Shown here: in pieces, positions 10,415 to 21,200 of the stretch
Position numbering within the stretch: the first letter of the stretch is position 1
How the letters are laid out: every line of letters begins with the position of its first letter
Origin: a virus
Length of the DNA stretch: 64,000 bases
UHGV virus genome: UHGV-0134778
Direction: 5' to 3' (one strand)
The notes under the pieces: generated by a model
What the model saw: only the letters and a program-made list of their open reading frames with translations
What the model was told of the DNA's origin: nothing
Databases searched by the model: none
Made by a program: the position numbers and the translations under genes

Positions 10415-11100
10415 TAACCCTCCTGTCTAGTTGCGTTTACTGTAATACTTTCACAATAAATGGTTGTAGTGTCCCAATCAGGTCTTACGTCAGGAACATA
10501 TAACAAAGTAGCCAGCCCACCAACCCCGAACTGATTTTCTTCCCACACTGATCCAAAGCCGAGAGCTGTAGAGTCCCCTTCAAAACCAAAAGCTTGCCCT
10601 TGCGACTCCGTAAGACGCAAATGACAAGGCAATGGCAGCATATCTAAGATTTGGTCGATAGACTGCAATATGTCAAAGCAAGTTTTTCTAATGTTTATGT
10701 CAAACCTGAAATTGTCACCTTTCCACGTATCGAAATTATCTCTTCCGAACAACTGTCGTAAGGTGGAGATGACATCTTCGCGAGTACCACCTCTTGATGA
10801 TGCTGCCTGCTGAATAATCAGCGTAGCACGAAAATCCGCGTCTGAAAGACCATTCCTAAGAATACCAAGTTGATTACCAACTTCGTCAAGGTATCTCCCG
10901 CTGGCATTGTTAAGCAATCTTCCTTCAGCCAAGCCTACCAGCATTTTATCAACATTCTCCAACCTTTTAAGGTATACGGTTAAGAATGTGACTAAATTAA
11001 CCTTCTCAGCCAGAAAATCCCCAGGGAGGTAATCAAGACCTCCCTGAACAAAATCTGGCAGAGTGTGGATGTGGTTGACATCCGACTTAATCTCTGCCAT
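10414..11100 (-). CDS. baseplate protein (gpI-like position)
   Basis: 228 aa immediately downstream of the Baseplate_J-like gene. Confidence 0.3.
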   Translation of the reverse strand: MAEIKSDVNHIHTLPDFVQGGLDYLPGDFLAEKVNLVTFLTVYLKRLENVDKMLVGLAEGRLLNNASGRYLDEVGNQLGILRNGLSDADFRATLIIQQAASSRGGTREDVISTLRQLFGRDNFDTWKGDNFRFDINIRKTCFDILQSIDQILDMLPLPCHLRLTESQGQAFGFEGDSTALGFGSVWEENQFGVGGLATLLYVPDVRPDWDTTTIYCESITVNATRQEG

Positions 11101-11111
11101 ATCTCACCGCC

Positions 11112-12602
11112 TTAAATAGTTTGTTGGAAAGTTATATTACTTTCGTCTAGATCAAACACCTCAGTCATGTTTGCAACAATATCGTTTGTGGTGTAAGCTT
11201 CATCAGAGGCCCCCACAGGTTTGACTTGAATTACAAGTCTGTTAAATCTGCCTATTGACACAGCAGCCGATGCAGCACCAACCAATTGGATATTGTACAA
11301 CGTATCTGCAACATCCAGTCCGTTAACAACCTGCAAAAGAGCCTCTACAATGGCATCTTTTTCGGTTGTGGAAAGCGCAGCACCTGAGTAGGTAATTCTT
11401 ACATCTAGGCGGTAGGTATTTGCCTTGGAGTAATAAATCCTTTCAGTCTGACCGTCTGATGTGGTAATATCGTAGAAGATATTCCCATAAGTCCTGTTTG
11501 TGCAAGCTATGGTTTGATACAGCGCCTGACAGATATCCTCTGTTGCACCGCCAAACACCACCACTTGAAACTTATAAGGTGGTATACCTTTCGCATCCGT
11601 TTTATCGGTGTTGTTAGAGAACACTCTTACTTTCTCAACACCTTTCACCTCGCTTACAGCGCTAAGGATTGCAGGACGAGTAGCTTTAGATGTCAGCTGT
11701 TTAGTGCTGGAAGCTCTTAAGCGATACTCCGAGTCCTTCTCAACATCCCTGCCCTCATTGAATCTTTCTCGGTTGGTAAGCTTGATAAATCCGCTGGGAG
11801 TAGGCGACATTGTTGTCACGGTTTCTGCCTCTCTCGACAGCTCACCAGCCTCGTTAGCGATAACATCCAGGGTGATAGTTCTTTCACCTACAATCGGAGA
11901 TACTCTGAAATCTACTCTGCTATTAAGCCCAACTTGATCAAGATTCGAATTGTACCCTATCCACAACGTTCCTGTCAACATATCGATCTGAATTAAGTCA
12001 TCGTTCAACAGGGTTGTATTATCGACAATGAATTGCTTAATCTCACCGTAAAAGCTTGGCAAATCAGAAGAGTCCAGAGCCTTATCGGTTAAAACCAGAC
12101 TTTTTGTTTTGATACTTCCGTCTGTCTGGTTGGTAATTTGAAAGTTGTATTTCCCAATTCTTAGGTCTGGAGCGTTTATTCTGTGAGCAATAAGATTTCC
12201 CGCCACCTGCACATCGTTGCTAAGAACAAAGTTGCCACTGTCCAGCGTATAAGTTTTGGAATCATAAATCATATTGTACGGCACAGTTGTGTTAATTGTC
12301 AACTGGCAGGTACCTGACGATTTAGAACGACCTCTTCGGTAAATACCTTGCCTTCCAAGAAGTTCATCAAGGTAAATACCTTCTGCCCCATACAGCGTCT
12401 GCGATGCGTACACAGATGCTGCCATAAGAATAAGTTGATACTCTCGCTCGTTGAAGATAGTGGTCAGCTTATCTGCAACGGAGTTACTCTGTACGTTGAA
12501 GTTTTCGCCAAAAGCACGGATCAGGCTTTGCTTAGTTTCAACGATTAGGTCATTTAGGGTTGGTATAACGAAACCAGCCTCTGTCAATCCATACTTAGCC
12601 AC
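11112..12602 (-). CDS. baseplate J-like protein
   Basis: 496 aa, GTG start with GGAGGA RBS; N-terminus GFVIPTLNDLIVETKQSLIRAFG fits the Baseplate_J pattern. Confidence 0.5.
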   Translation of the reverse strand: MAKYGLTEAGFVIPTLNDLIVETKQSLIRAFGENFNVQSNSVADKLTTIFNEREYQLILMAASVYASQTLYGAEGIYLDELLGRQGIYRRGRSKSSGTCQLTINTTVPYNMIYDSKTYTLDSGNFVLSNDVQVAGNLIAHRINAPDLRIGKYNFQITNQTDGSIKTKSLVLTDKALDSSDLPSFYGEIKQFIVDNTTLLNDDLIQIDMLTGTLWIGYNSNLDQVGLNSRVDFRVSPIVGERTITLDVIANEAGELSREAETVTTMSPTPSGFIKLTNRERFNEGRDVEKDSEYRLRASSTKQLTSKATRPAILSAVSEVKGVEKVRVFSNNTDKTDAKGIPPYKFQVVVFGGATEDICQALYQTIACTNRTYGNIFYDITTSDGQTERIYYSKANTYRLDVRITYSGAALSTTEKDAIVEALLQVVNGLDVADTLYNIQLVGAASAAVSIGRFNRLVIQVKPVGASDEAYTTNDIVANMTEVFDLDESNITFQQTI

Positions 12603-12635
12603 GTCACTCCTCCGGTATGAAAATCTCTACAAGGT

Positions 12636-12664
12636 ATTTTACCAAATTTTGTAACAATAGTCAA
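12636..12664 (-). promoter_or_regulatory. sigma70-like promoter TTGACT-N17-TAAAAT
   Basis: Read on minus strand upstream of the baseplate J gene. Confidence 0.45.
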
Positions 12665-12667
12665 TCT

Positions 12668-12698
12668 GAGCATAAAAATAAACCCCGCCGAAGCGGGG
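12668..12698 (-). terminator. rho-independent terminator
   Basis: CCCCGC-UUCG-GCGGGG hairpin followed by UUUAUUUUUAU on the minus-strand RNA, just after the 1279-aa gene. Confidence 0.55.
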
Positions 12699-12707
12699 CT
12701 TTAAAGG

Positions 12708-15700
12708 TTAGTCGTGAGACTCGTTCCAAGGTCCTTGGAAACTAGAGTTTGAACGACTTACTACAACGGTAGGACAGGATATTGTGATGCCTGTCACGTT
12801 CCCTGTTGACCATGGCGTGTAAATTTCAACGATAATGTCTATGGTTTGTTCTCCAAGGCCTGTTATTCCGATAGCGCACATACCATCATTGTCGTTTCCG
12901 TACTTCTTACCAGCAAGGAGCTGATGACCAGCTATCCACGCATTCAGTTGAGAGTTGGCACGCGTACCGTTCAGTTTAAAGAAGAATGTTACGTTCTTAC
13001 CTTGGCCTTGCACGTTGTCCACATATCTCCACCTCCAACGGCAAACCCTTTGCTGGGAGTTATATACTGGAGCACAATCTCCGTAAGTCCTGTGTGCAAC
13101 AATCGCACCTTCGAACTGGTTAGCACGGATAACGGAAGCTTCTACACGTCCACGGAATGTACCTCCTGTTGCATCTATGGTGCCTCTAAAGCTACCATTA
13201 TTGGCATAAACATCCCCACGGAAAGTGCCACTGGTAGCGTTAACTGCCCCTGTGAAGTTACCTGCACTAGCGTTGATGTTACCTTTCACCCACACATCCA
13301 TAAACTGGGCGTGTCCGTTCTTGTTAATATACCAACCGTATTTATGGTACCCGTTGCCATCGTAGTTGTTAGACGAAATTTCTTGTGCAATCTTGGCAGA
13401 AGAGATCGTCCCGTTCTCTATAAAAGCATCTTTCAAGAACGCTTGGTTGTTCTTGATTGCGAAAGCAAGGGTTGCTGTTCCATTTCCGGGGTTGTATACC
13501 GCAAAGTTGTTTGCACTAACCATGAAGTATGATTGAACTTGGCCTCCAGAGCCTTCCATGCCCAATTGGATACCTGCCACATACTTATTCCCTGCAGAGT
13601 CTACCTGTATTTTTGTGCCCCATTGAGCATTTACTTTGCCCTCTAAGTCTGTCACAGCCTTAGATGTTGTAGCTACTGCAGCTCTAAGCTCTGACACATC
13701 ACCGACATCATCAATGATCTCCTGCTTAGCAACAGCAAGTTCTTGACGAATAGCTGACGCTGTGCCGTTAATAAGATCCACGGTTGCTTTGTTGGTATCG
13801 GAGATTGTAGCGTCCAGTGCTGTTTTTGTGGAGGTCAGCTTACCATCCAAATCCTTAATCGCCTGTTTGTTGGTAGAAATTTCTCCACGTGCAGAAGTTA
13901 TCTGCTCCGACAGTGCAGAGGTTTTCTGATTCAACAAATCTGTGGTGGCCTTGTTGGTATTGGCAATCAAGGTATTGAGATCAGTTTTTGCGGTAGTTAT
14001 CTTACCATCAAGGGTGGTATAGTTCTTAGATACCGTAGCGTTTGTCTGACTGATCTTTTGATCCAGAGTTTCAGATGTCCTGTTGAGAAGATCCACTGTC
14101 GCCTGGTTGGTGCTTAAGATGCTTGCATCAAGTTCCGTTCTCTGGGTATTGATCTTGCCATCTAGAGTTTTATCTCCGGCAAGGTATCCGCTCTCCACAC
14201 CACTTATTTGTTCTACCAACTCCCCTTTGGCTGCAACCAATTTCTCGTCTAAAGCCTCTGTCTTTTTGTTCAGAAGATCAGTGGTTGCTTTATTGGTTGT
14301 CTCGATCAGGGATGCCAGTCTTCCACTTTCAGTGTTCAGATCGTTGGTGAACTTGTTCTGTGCAGCAACAAGTTTCCTATCCAGAGCTGTGATATTACCA
14401 TTGACATCCTCAAACTTCTGAGTTGTCTCTGCAACTACCGCACCTATCCTATCTCCAAGTTGTTGGAATGCCTCATCTACCCTTCCGTCCATGTACTTGT
14501 TAAGCTCTGTGACACGATTTTCAACCTCCTCGATAGAGGAATCTAAAGTGCTCATCAACTCTTTATAAGTTTCTGTCTTTTTAAATTCAGCATCTATCTG
14601 AGGCATCAAATCTTCAATAGAGGTGTAGCAGCGTGCAGCGCATTCTACAAACTGAGAACTACCAAAAGCGTTTGTGGTTCGAATATACCAATAATAAATC
14701 TTATCGTTCTGCAGACCTTCAGATGTCCAAGTTGAACCAACACCCATACGGGTAGCTTTTGAAGTAACGGTTGCATCACTTGTGTCCGGCAACCTTGTCA
14801 TACCAGATGTCCAAAAATCATACTGGGTGCTTACACTTGCTAAGTCCCTGCTGTGCGGAATCAAGGTGATAGCAAAGTATCCCTGCTTAACTTCTACAGA
14901 AACAGGAGCTTCAGGTGCTTGAATGTTGAACTCGCAGTAGGCTTCTGGAGATACACCACCCTTATAAGATGTTGCAGCCACGGTTGCTGTGTATGACCCT
15001 TTGGTCAATCCTTCTACGCGGACAAACTGCTCGACTGTTTGTGCTGTCCAAATAATCTCTCCGTTCTTTCTTACCTGCACAATATTTTGAGCATAAGTTC
15101 CAACGTTGTCCCAAGCCAAAACACCATGAGTTACTTCCCCAGCTTGAAGAACAGAGTATCTGAAGTTTTGCGGTTGAGCTACACCGGACGGGGATATCGG
15201 AATATCCACATCTCCAGAATCCGGAAGTTGCCCTGTGGCATCATTCCACTCTTTAGCATCTTGACGGAGTTTTACCTTGACACCGCCCTTTTTGGTGAAC
15301 TCCCATTCAAGAACCCTCATTTCTTGGCCCACTATACCAATACTTGGAAGGTCCATCGTAACGTAACGCCCAGGCTTAAATTTAAAACCCCGCATATTGC
15401 AGGTTACTTCAATAATCCTGCCAGCTCTGGCACGTCTTAAGAATATTGCGGAAACACGCTGAGCCTGATAAGGACTGGTAACAAAACGATAATCTATATC
15501 AATTATCTTTCTTTCTCCGTCCTTCTCCACCCACTCAGGTATGAACACTGATGGGAAGTCTGTTTCAGAATACCCTTTGGTCGGACTAGTGAATCTGCCA
15601 GTTATTGTGTTCGATCTTTTGTCGAAGGAGGCTTCCGGATAGATCTTAACCTCACCGCAAACACAGTCCTCGCTCAGTGTCATTGTTGCCGGACCATAGT

Positions 15701-16547
15701 ATGCACCTACCAGCAGACCATACTTACCAGCTACATAGCTAAGATCTGCACCACAAGCTTTAAGCATTTCTGCCATAATACTTGCGGGAGCCTCGTCCAT
15801 GTCGAACTCACCATTAATGGTGTAACGACGCTCACTGGTTCCGTCTGCGTTTCTTACAGCCTCGTCGCATATGTTGGCAGCTTCCTTGAAGGAATCCCAG
15901 TTGATGGTTTCGTCAGGACATCTAAGGTACGTTCTTAAATAGTCCAAAATCACCAAGGCAGCGTTATTGGTATATACCTCTTTACTGGTGCGAGGATCAT
16001 AACATTTTTTACCAACCTTGACAAGTGTGACGTTTGGCAACCCAAAAGGAAACTTGTTAGGGTCAAACCTGAAGCTGACCCGTAGCCAACTGATCCCTCT
16101 ACCTATCATGTCCGGTGACCACGATGGGCAGTGTGTGCCCATGAAAGGATCAGGGGTTTTTCTGTCGTTATGTAGCTCCCACGATACCAAATCTCCATAC
16201 GAGGAAATAGGATTACCGTCTATAAGTATATCTTCTATACCTTCCAGAGGGTGATTGGCAAGAACAATAGCACAATGAAGGGTTCTGTCCCTGTCCTGCT
16301 CCAAAAACGCAAGCAATCCAGATGTGCGTGTCTTCCCATACACTACAGAGCAAGGTGCAGCAGAAGATCTGAGAAGCTTTTGTCTATCTTGCTGACTTCT
16401 GTAAGATTTGTTGCCCTCGAAAATCTTATCCAGGGTTCTGGTGGTAACAGTGTTCAGGCTGTCAGCCAGAGCTGCCTTGGATGCGTTCCAGTCATAGCTT
16501 GAAGATCTTGCAGAAGCAACGATGTTTTCAATCATTGCAATTGGCAT
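12708..16547 (-). CDS. central tail fibre / host-specificity protein (lambda J-like N-terminal region)
   Basis: 1279 aa; segment YRFVTSPYQAQRVSAIFLRRARAGRIIEVTCNMRGFKFKPGRYV resembles the conserved J/tail-tip region; long ATTDLLNxKT coiled-coil repeats; Gly-rich C-terminus. Confidence 0.45.
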   Translation of the reverse strand: MPIAMIENIVASARSSSYDWNASKAALADSLNTVTTRTLDKIFEGNKSYRSQQDRQKLLRSSAAPCSVVYGKTRTSGLLAFLEQDRDRTLHCAIVLANHPLEGIEDILIDGNPISSYGDLVSWELHNDRKTPDPFMGTHCPSWSPDMIGRGISWLRVSFRFDPNKFPFGLPNVTLVKVGKKCYDPRTSKEVYTNNAALVILDYLRTYLRCPDETINWDSFKEAANICDEAVRNADGTSERRYTINGEFDMDEAPASIMAEMLKACGADLSYVAGKYGLLVGAYYGPATMTLSEDCVCGEVKIYPEASFDKRSNTITGRFTSPTKGYSETDFPSVFIPEWVEKDGERKIIDIDYRFVTSPYQAQRVSAIFLRRARAGRIIEVTCNMRGFKFKPGRYVTMDLPSIGIVGQEMRVLEWEFTKKGGVKVKLRQDAKEWNDATGQLPDSGDVDIPISPSGVAQPQNFRYSVLQAGEVTHGVLAWDNVGTYAQNIVQVRKNGEIIWTAQTVEQFVRVEGLTKGSYTATVAATSYKGGVSPEAYCEFNIQAPEAPVSVEVKQGYFAITLIPHSRDLASVSTQYDFWTSGMTRLPDTSDATVTSKATRMGVGSTWTSEGLQNDKIYYWYIRTTNAFGSSQFVECAARCYTSIEDLMPQIDAEFKKTETYKELMSTLDSSIEEVENRVTELNKYMDGRVDEAFQQLGDRIGAVVAETTQKFEDVNGNITALDRKLVAAQNKFTNDLNTESGRLASLIETTNKATTDLLNKKTEALDEKLVAAKGELVEQISGVESGYLAGDKTLDGKINTQRTELDASILSTNQATVDLLNRTSETLDQKISQTNATVSKNYTTLDGKITTAKTDLNTLIANTNKATTDLLNQKTSALSEQITSARGEISTNKQAIKDLDGKLTSTKTALDATISDTNKATVDLINGTASAIRQELAVAKQEIIDDVGDVSELRAAVATTSKAVTDLEGKVNAQWGTKIQVDSAGNKYVAGIQLGMEGSGGQVQSYFMVSANNFAVYNPGNGTATLAFAIKNNQAFLKDAFIENGTISSAKIAQEISSNNYDGNGYHKYGWYINKNGHAQFMDVWVKGNINASAGNFTGAVNATSGTFRGDVYANNGSFRGTIDATGGTFRGRVEASVIRANQFEGAIVAHRTYGDCAPVYNSQQRVCRWRWRYVDNVQGQGKNVTFFFKLNGTRANSQLNAWIAGHQLLAGKKYGNDNDGMCAIGITGLGEQTIDIIVEIYTPWSTGNVTGITISCPTVVVSRSNSSFQGPWNESHD

Positions 16548-16984
16548 TAATACCTCCAGACATCAACAACGATAGAATCTTTCATATCGAACGTAAAGAT
16601 CCCTTTATCACCTTTCGCCCAAATCTGGTTGTTCCAGAACACACCAGCCGTGAGGCCGTTCAGACCTTCGAAAATAACAATATCACCACGCTGAATCTGC
16701 TTAGGAGTATCCAGTCTAGTCAAAAAGAGATCAAAAATAGTAGGTAGGTGTGTAGTTTTGAAACGGAGCATGCACCATCTCTTGCTTTCCAACTCTGTTT
16801 TATACGTTCCTTCAAAGTTAGAAAGAAAATCTGTTCCGTATTGGGCATCAACACATTTAGCCGCAAAAGTGCAACAATCGTGGAATCCCCATTCAAACGG
16901 GACGGTGGCTTCTTCGTCAAATACTTTCCACAATCTTTCTTGCCAGTCTACTAAACGAGGATGTGTGCTCATTAAACCTCCCAA
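16547..16984 (-). CDS. tail protein with NlpC/P60-like Cys motif (gpK-like)
   Basis: 145 aa; WGFHDCCTF motif resembles the NlpC/P60 catalytic Cys context. Confidence 0.3.
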   Translation of the reverse strand: MGGLMSTHPRLVDWQERLWKVFDEEATVPFEWGFHDCCTFAAKCVDAQYGTDFLSNFEGTYKTELESKRWCMLRFKTTHLPTIFDLFLTRLDTPKQIQRGDIVIFEGLNGLTAGVFWNNQIWAKGDKGIFTFDMKDSIVVDVWRY

Positions 16985-17538
16985 ATGATCGGGCGGCTCG
17001 CCACCTGATCCACATATTTAAAAAATCTGTCATTATCGTTTCTTGAGCTATGGCTTTCCTCGGTGTATCGATAAGGAAAACCTCTTAACCAGCTGTTGAA
17101 GATGGAAGAGATGGATATGGACAGAGCACTATTCTCCCCTGTCTGAATAGCCATGTCTGTTATAAGACCGTCAAACAAGCCATTAGTTGTGACAGGTAAA
17201 CCATTCTCCATAGCGGTGATATATAACGTGGCACGGCAACCAGAATACTCCGTCTTCAGCAGATCACCCACATACTTGGGATCAAACCCGTTTAATGTTG
17301 CTACCACAGATCCAAAGTTGGTGGCATCTTTCTCGGACACAGCAGTCAATGTTGCTGATCCACCTATCCCTATAAAATGTTGCCCCTCAATCACCACAAC
17401 ACCAGTTCCTGAGCACACCCTGACAGTCCCTGTTGGCAGCTCTAGCTTTGCAGCAATTAAGATTTCAACACCATCAAGCTCCAGCTTTTCAAGAAATAAA
17501 TTATCTAATGGCGCTCTTATCATCTTAGAAATCCTCAA
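16972..17538 (-). CDS. minor tail protein
   Basis: 188-aa ORF in distal-tail block upstream of the J-like gene. Confidence 0.3.
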   Translation of the reverse strand: MRISKMIRAPLDNLFLEKLELDGVEILIAAKLELPTGTVRVCSGTGVVVIEGQHFIGIGGSATLTAVSEKDATNFGSVVATLNGFDPKYVGDLLKTEYSGCRATLYITAMENGLPVTTNGLFDGLITDMAIQTGENSALSISISSIFNSWLRGFPYRYTEESHSSRNDNDRFFKYVDQVASRPIIWEV

Positions 17539-18115
17539 AGAAGTTGATAACTATATTGTCACCTTTCTGCATAGCATCAACCTTTTGCTTAATTTTATAA
17601 AGATCCCTGATATGAAATCTACCCTTCGGAGATTGAGTTATTATCTTCATGGTATCCCCTGCGGCAATAGGCTTCCTAAGTCTTGGAGATATGTTTATAA
17701 CAGCAGCCCCAACACCATCGCTACGCACTGAAGCTGTTACCACTTTCAATTCATCATTGACAGATATTTTATCCCCGGCTCTGGCTATGTCTCTGTTTGG
17801 CTCCCACCCAACAGTCTTCAAAAAATCGTCGTTACCGGTAGGCCCAAGGGCGATTGGCTCATTAGCTGTTACCGAGTGACCGTAAGTTTTAATAAGAAAG
17901 ATGTTCCCATCTTTATACACCTGATCAACAAAGCTCTTAAGCTCTAGCAGCTGTGACTCGCTGATATTGGAAACCGTCAAAGTGCCTTTCCAGTTAGGTG
18001 TGGCATAGGTCACTTTTTGCGTTTTACCTGTAAACGGACTTTTAAACGTAACAATATCTGCCAGCAGCTCCAATCTGATATCTGGAAGGTATCTAGGCCT
18101 TTCCCATAAAAACAT
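17525..18115 (-). CDS. minor tail protein
   Basis: 196-aa ORF with CCTGGAGG RBS. Confidence 0.3.
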   Translation of the reverse strand: MFLWERPRYLPDIRLELLADIVTFKSPFTGKTQKVTYATPNWKGTLTVSNISESQLLELKSFVDQVYKDGNIFLIKTYGHSVTANEPIALGPTGNDDFLKTVGWEPNRDIARAGDKISVNDELKVVTASVRSDGVGAAVINISPRLRKPIAAGDTMKIITQSPKGRFHIRDLYKIKQKVDAMQKGDNIVINFFEDF

Positions 18116-18171
18116 TGTGCCTCCAGGTTAAACAATTATGATAGTTATTTTACCAGATTTTAAGTTAATAC

Positions 18172-18208
18172 GCAATACAAACAAAAAGCCCCCGCCGAAG
18201 CGAGGGCA
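18172..18208 (-). terminator. rho-independent terminator
   Basis: GCCCUCGC-UUCG-GCGGGGGC hairpin plus U-rich tail on minus RNA after the 1268-aa fibre gene. Confidence 0.55.
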
Positions 18209-18214
18209 AAACAG

Positions 18215-21200
18215 TTACTTCAGTTTCTCTTGCAACCCAGTAACAACCTCTGTCAATTTTTTAACCTGTTCCTCAAGGGCGGTTATTTTATCATCCTGTT
18301 CCCTACAAACTTGGACAAGCAAGCCTGTTACGGCTGCGTAATCCACGCTGTAGAATCTTTCCTCTGTTATCAAAGGAGTTCCATCTTGATCAGAGTTTGG
18401 GATTTCCTTTCTTTGCACGAAAGAACCAACTGCTTCCGGCAGCGCTTCAAGCACTTCTTGTGCTATAACGCCTGCATAAGGCATACCGTTCTCTTTAAGA
18501 GTGTAAGTATAACCCTTCATCTTCCGGATAGCTTCTAACGCATCAGGAATAACAGATATGTTATCTTTCAGGTCTCTGTCAGAACTCTGATTGACAGATG
18601 TGCAATTCACAGCACCGTTTACAGAAAGATATCTTGAGGTATCCGGCAAGGTACCGCAATGCCATACCCAATTTGCTTGAGACTCGTCACGAACCTTAAA
18701 CTCTAACACGTTTGGACGATCCCCTGTGCTGCCGTTACCCCAATAATGGAGTACAGCATCATTCTTAGGTAAGTTATCGGCGTTGGAGGGAAGACCATTA
18801 GCACCAACATGAATTTCCAGTTGATTACTGGTTTCACCGAAAGTGTAATTAGGTCTTAGCTGAATGCCCTTACCAGCATCGTGTCTCCATTCTTCCCAAG
18901 TAAAGACATCACCAACGTAGTTACCAGCACGAGTATATCTGTCACCAAAATAGGTGATATATTCCTGCACACAACCTTGAGGTCTGTTAGCTGTGTTTTT
19001 GTAAACAAGCAGTGTACCAGCGTACGGAGCAGGGTAGTGGCGATCTATTACAAGTGCGTCAGCGTTTGAACCTTGGTGATAGAAACCTTCACGGCTACCA
19101 TCGTAGGCATTAAGGTCTTCTGTCCCCAGACCTTGACCACGGTGCTGAATAACTTTGTTCCACGCCCTGTGGTTACCACCCTCAATAGATCTGGTGTATA
19201 ACTGATCAAGGCGACCAGCCATTTGGAAGGCATAGTTTCCAGAAAACGCCACAGACAACCCACCAACAACCATCGAACCTTCTGGTCCGTTGACGTTGCC
19301 AGCCATTATTTTTGACGGGTTATTAGGTCCGAACTGGTTGTTCCAGTCTCCACCAGTATGACATACAAAACCACCTGGGGCTGAGAAAGTACCATCTTTG
19401 TTGAAGTTGTAGAATCTATGAGCTGTTCCCACAACATCTCGAACAATAACTTGACCAGCTTCTGGAGTAGACCTGAACTCTGCTTGGCCTTTAAGGCCAG
19501 CACCATTACCACATTTAGAGGTAAACGTGCCGTTAGTTAGATCCTCTGTTCCGTCAGATGCACACTGGAATCCCGCGTTAGAGAATAATGCCTTTCTAGG
19601 ACCGCCGTAGCACAAATAGTCAAGACCGTCTGCCCACAGCTCGACTTTAGGCATGTTCGTTTTGCTCATCACTGCATAGCGTTCAGGAGTCCCCAGGTAG
19701 TGCCACATAGTTCCACCACCAGTGTAGAAACCTGATGTTCCTTTGAACTCAACCAGAGGTCTGGTGTTTGTTACATCATCACCTTTGATTGCAAGACTCA
19801 AATCTGCAGATTCCAGAGGAGCACAGAACTTGACACCATCTTGGTTACCTGTCACGTTGCCTACTTGCCAATCAACCTCCCTGGTTGACACTTCTATTAC
19901 AGTAGCGCCAGCATATACTGTAACAGGGAATGCACGTGCCTCTACATAGAATGCAACATACTCCTGCTTACCTCTGGTTGGAGATACACATCCGAGGATT
20001 GCTCTCTCGTTTTGGTAGAAATTAATAACCCCTTGGAAAGAATCACCTCTGTCTGTCCAGCCACCAGTTCTGTAGTGACACTGTAGTGTAGCACAGTTCA
20101 TTGGGTCGCCGCCAGAAGAAGATCTGGTGACAATGGTTAAATCTGTCCCGATAGTTGCTGCAAAGTTGGGGTCAGTTCTGACGATAATAGGATAATACTT
20201 ACCGTCCTGCATAGCTGCAGTTCTAGGCAGGTTTACATATGGTCTAGCGCCTGCTGCCAGAGGTATTCTGAATTGTGCTTGAGCATCCCCTACAGTCCTG
20301 GCACTGGTACCACCACAAGCTATCGGTAGTGGTTCCCATTTGGCTTTCCGGTTGTTATAAACACCCCACTCAAGCGTCCCTTCACCTTGCTCGTCCATAC
20401 CGCCATCCCAGATGACCATCTTGGCGGCTTTCTTAGATCCCCAGAAACCTCTTTCTGCTCCTGAACTGCGGATCCATTCTCCAAGTCCCCAGTTTGCCAG
20501 CTGACCGTTCAGATCACCAACCTGCATATATTTAGGACAATCTAAGACCCCATCCTCACGGAAGCCTAAATATCTATGAGTTTCAGATCCTTTTGCACCT
20601 TTGTGCAGGTGGATTGTTAACCACGCCTTATTGTCGTTTCTTACCTCGGAATAGATCCTATACCCATGCTCAAGGACACCGTCAGCACTGTATTTGTCCC
20701 CGTTAACAATGCCAGATGCCGACTTGACATCAGCAGAGCTTTGAGATAGGTAAAGGTGTCCGAAGGTAGGAGAATTCCTAGACCCAAGACCGATGTGCGA
20801 TCTAAAGGTCTCATCGTTACGAGGTCTGACCATCGGCTGCCATGCAGTCCACTGGTTTGTGTTGGCCTGATAGGTTCTCAAATACCAAACATCTACGTTA
20901 GAGAATGGGTAGTATTCCTGACGACAGCCTGTGCCGCCGTTAGCATTGTTCTGCCAAACAATTAGGTGACCCGCACCAGAACCCGCAGGGTAACCATTTG
21001 CCTCAGTTGCATTAGCAGTCATCGGCTGGTAGTATACACCATCCTGATTACCAGTCAGGTTATTGATATTGAAATTTGCCTCAAGGGCTGCACGTTGCTT
21101 ATAGAAAGCTCCTAAGTTAATGCGTGCACCTGCGGCATCTTTGGCCCCTGTACCACCCTGCTCTATAGCAAGAGGCTGCCACGAGGCTGTTTGTTGGTTC

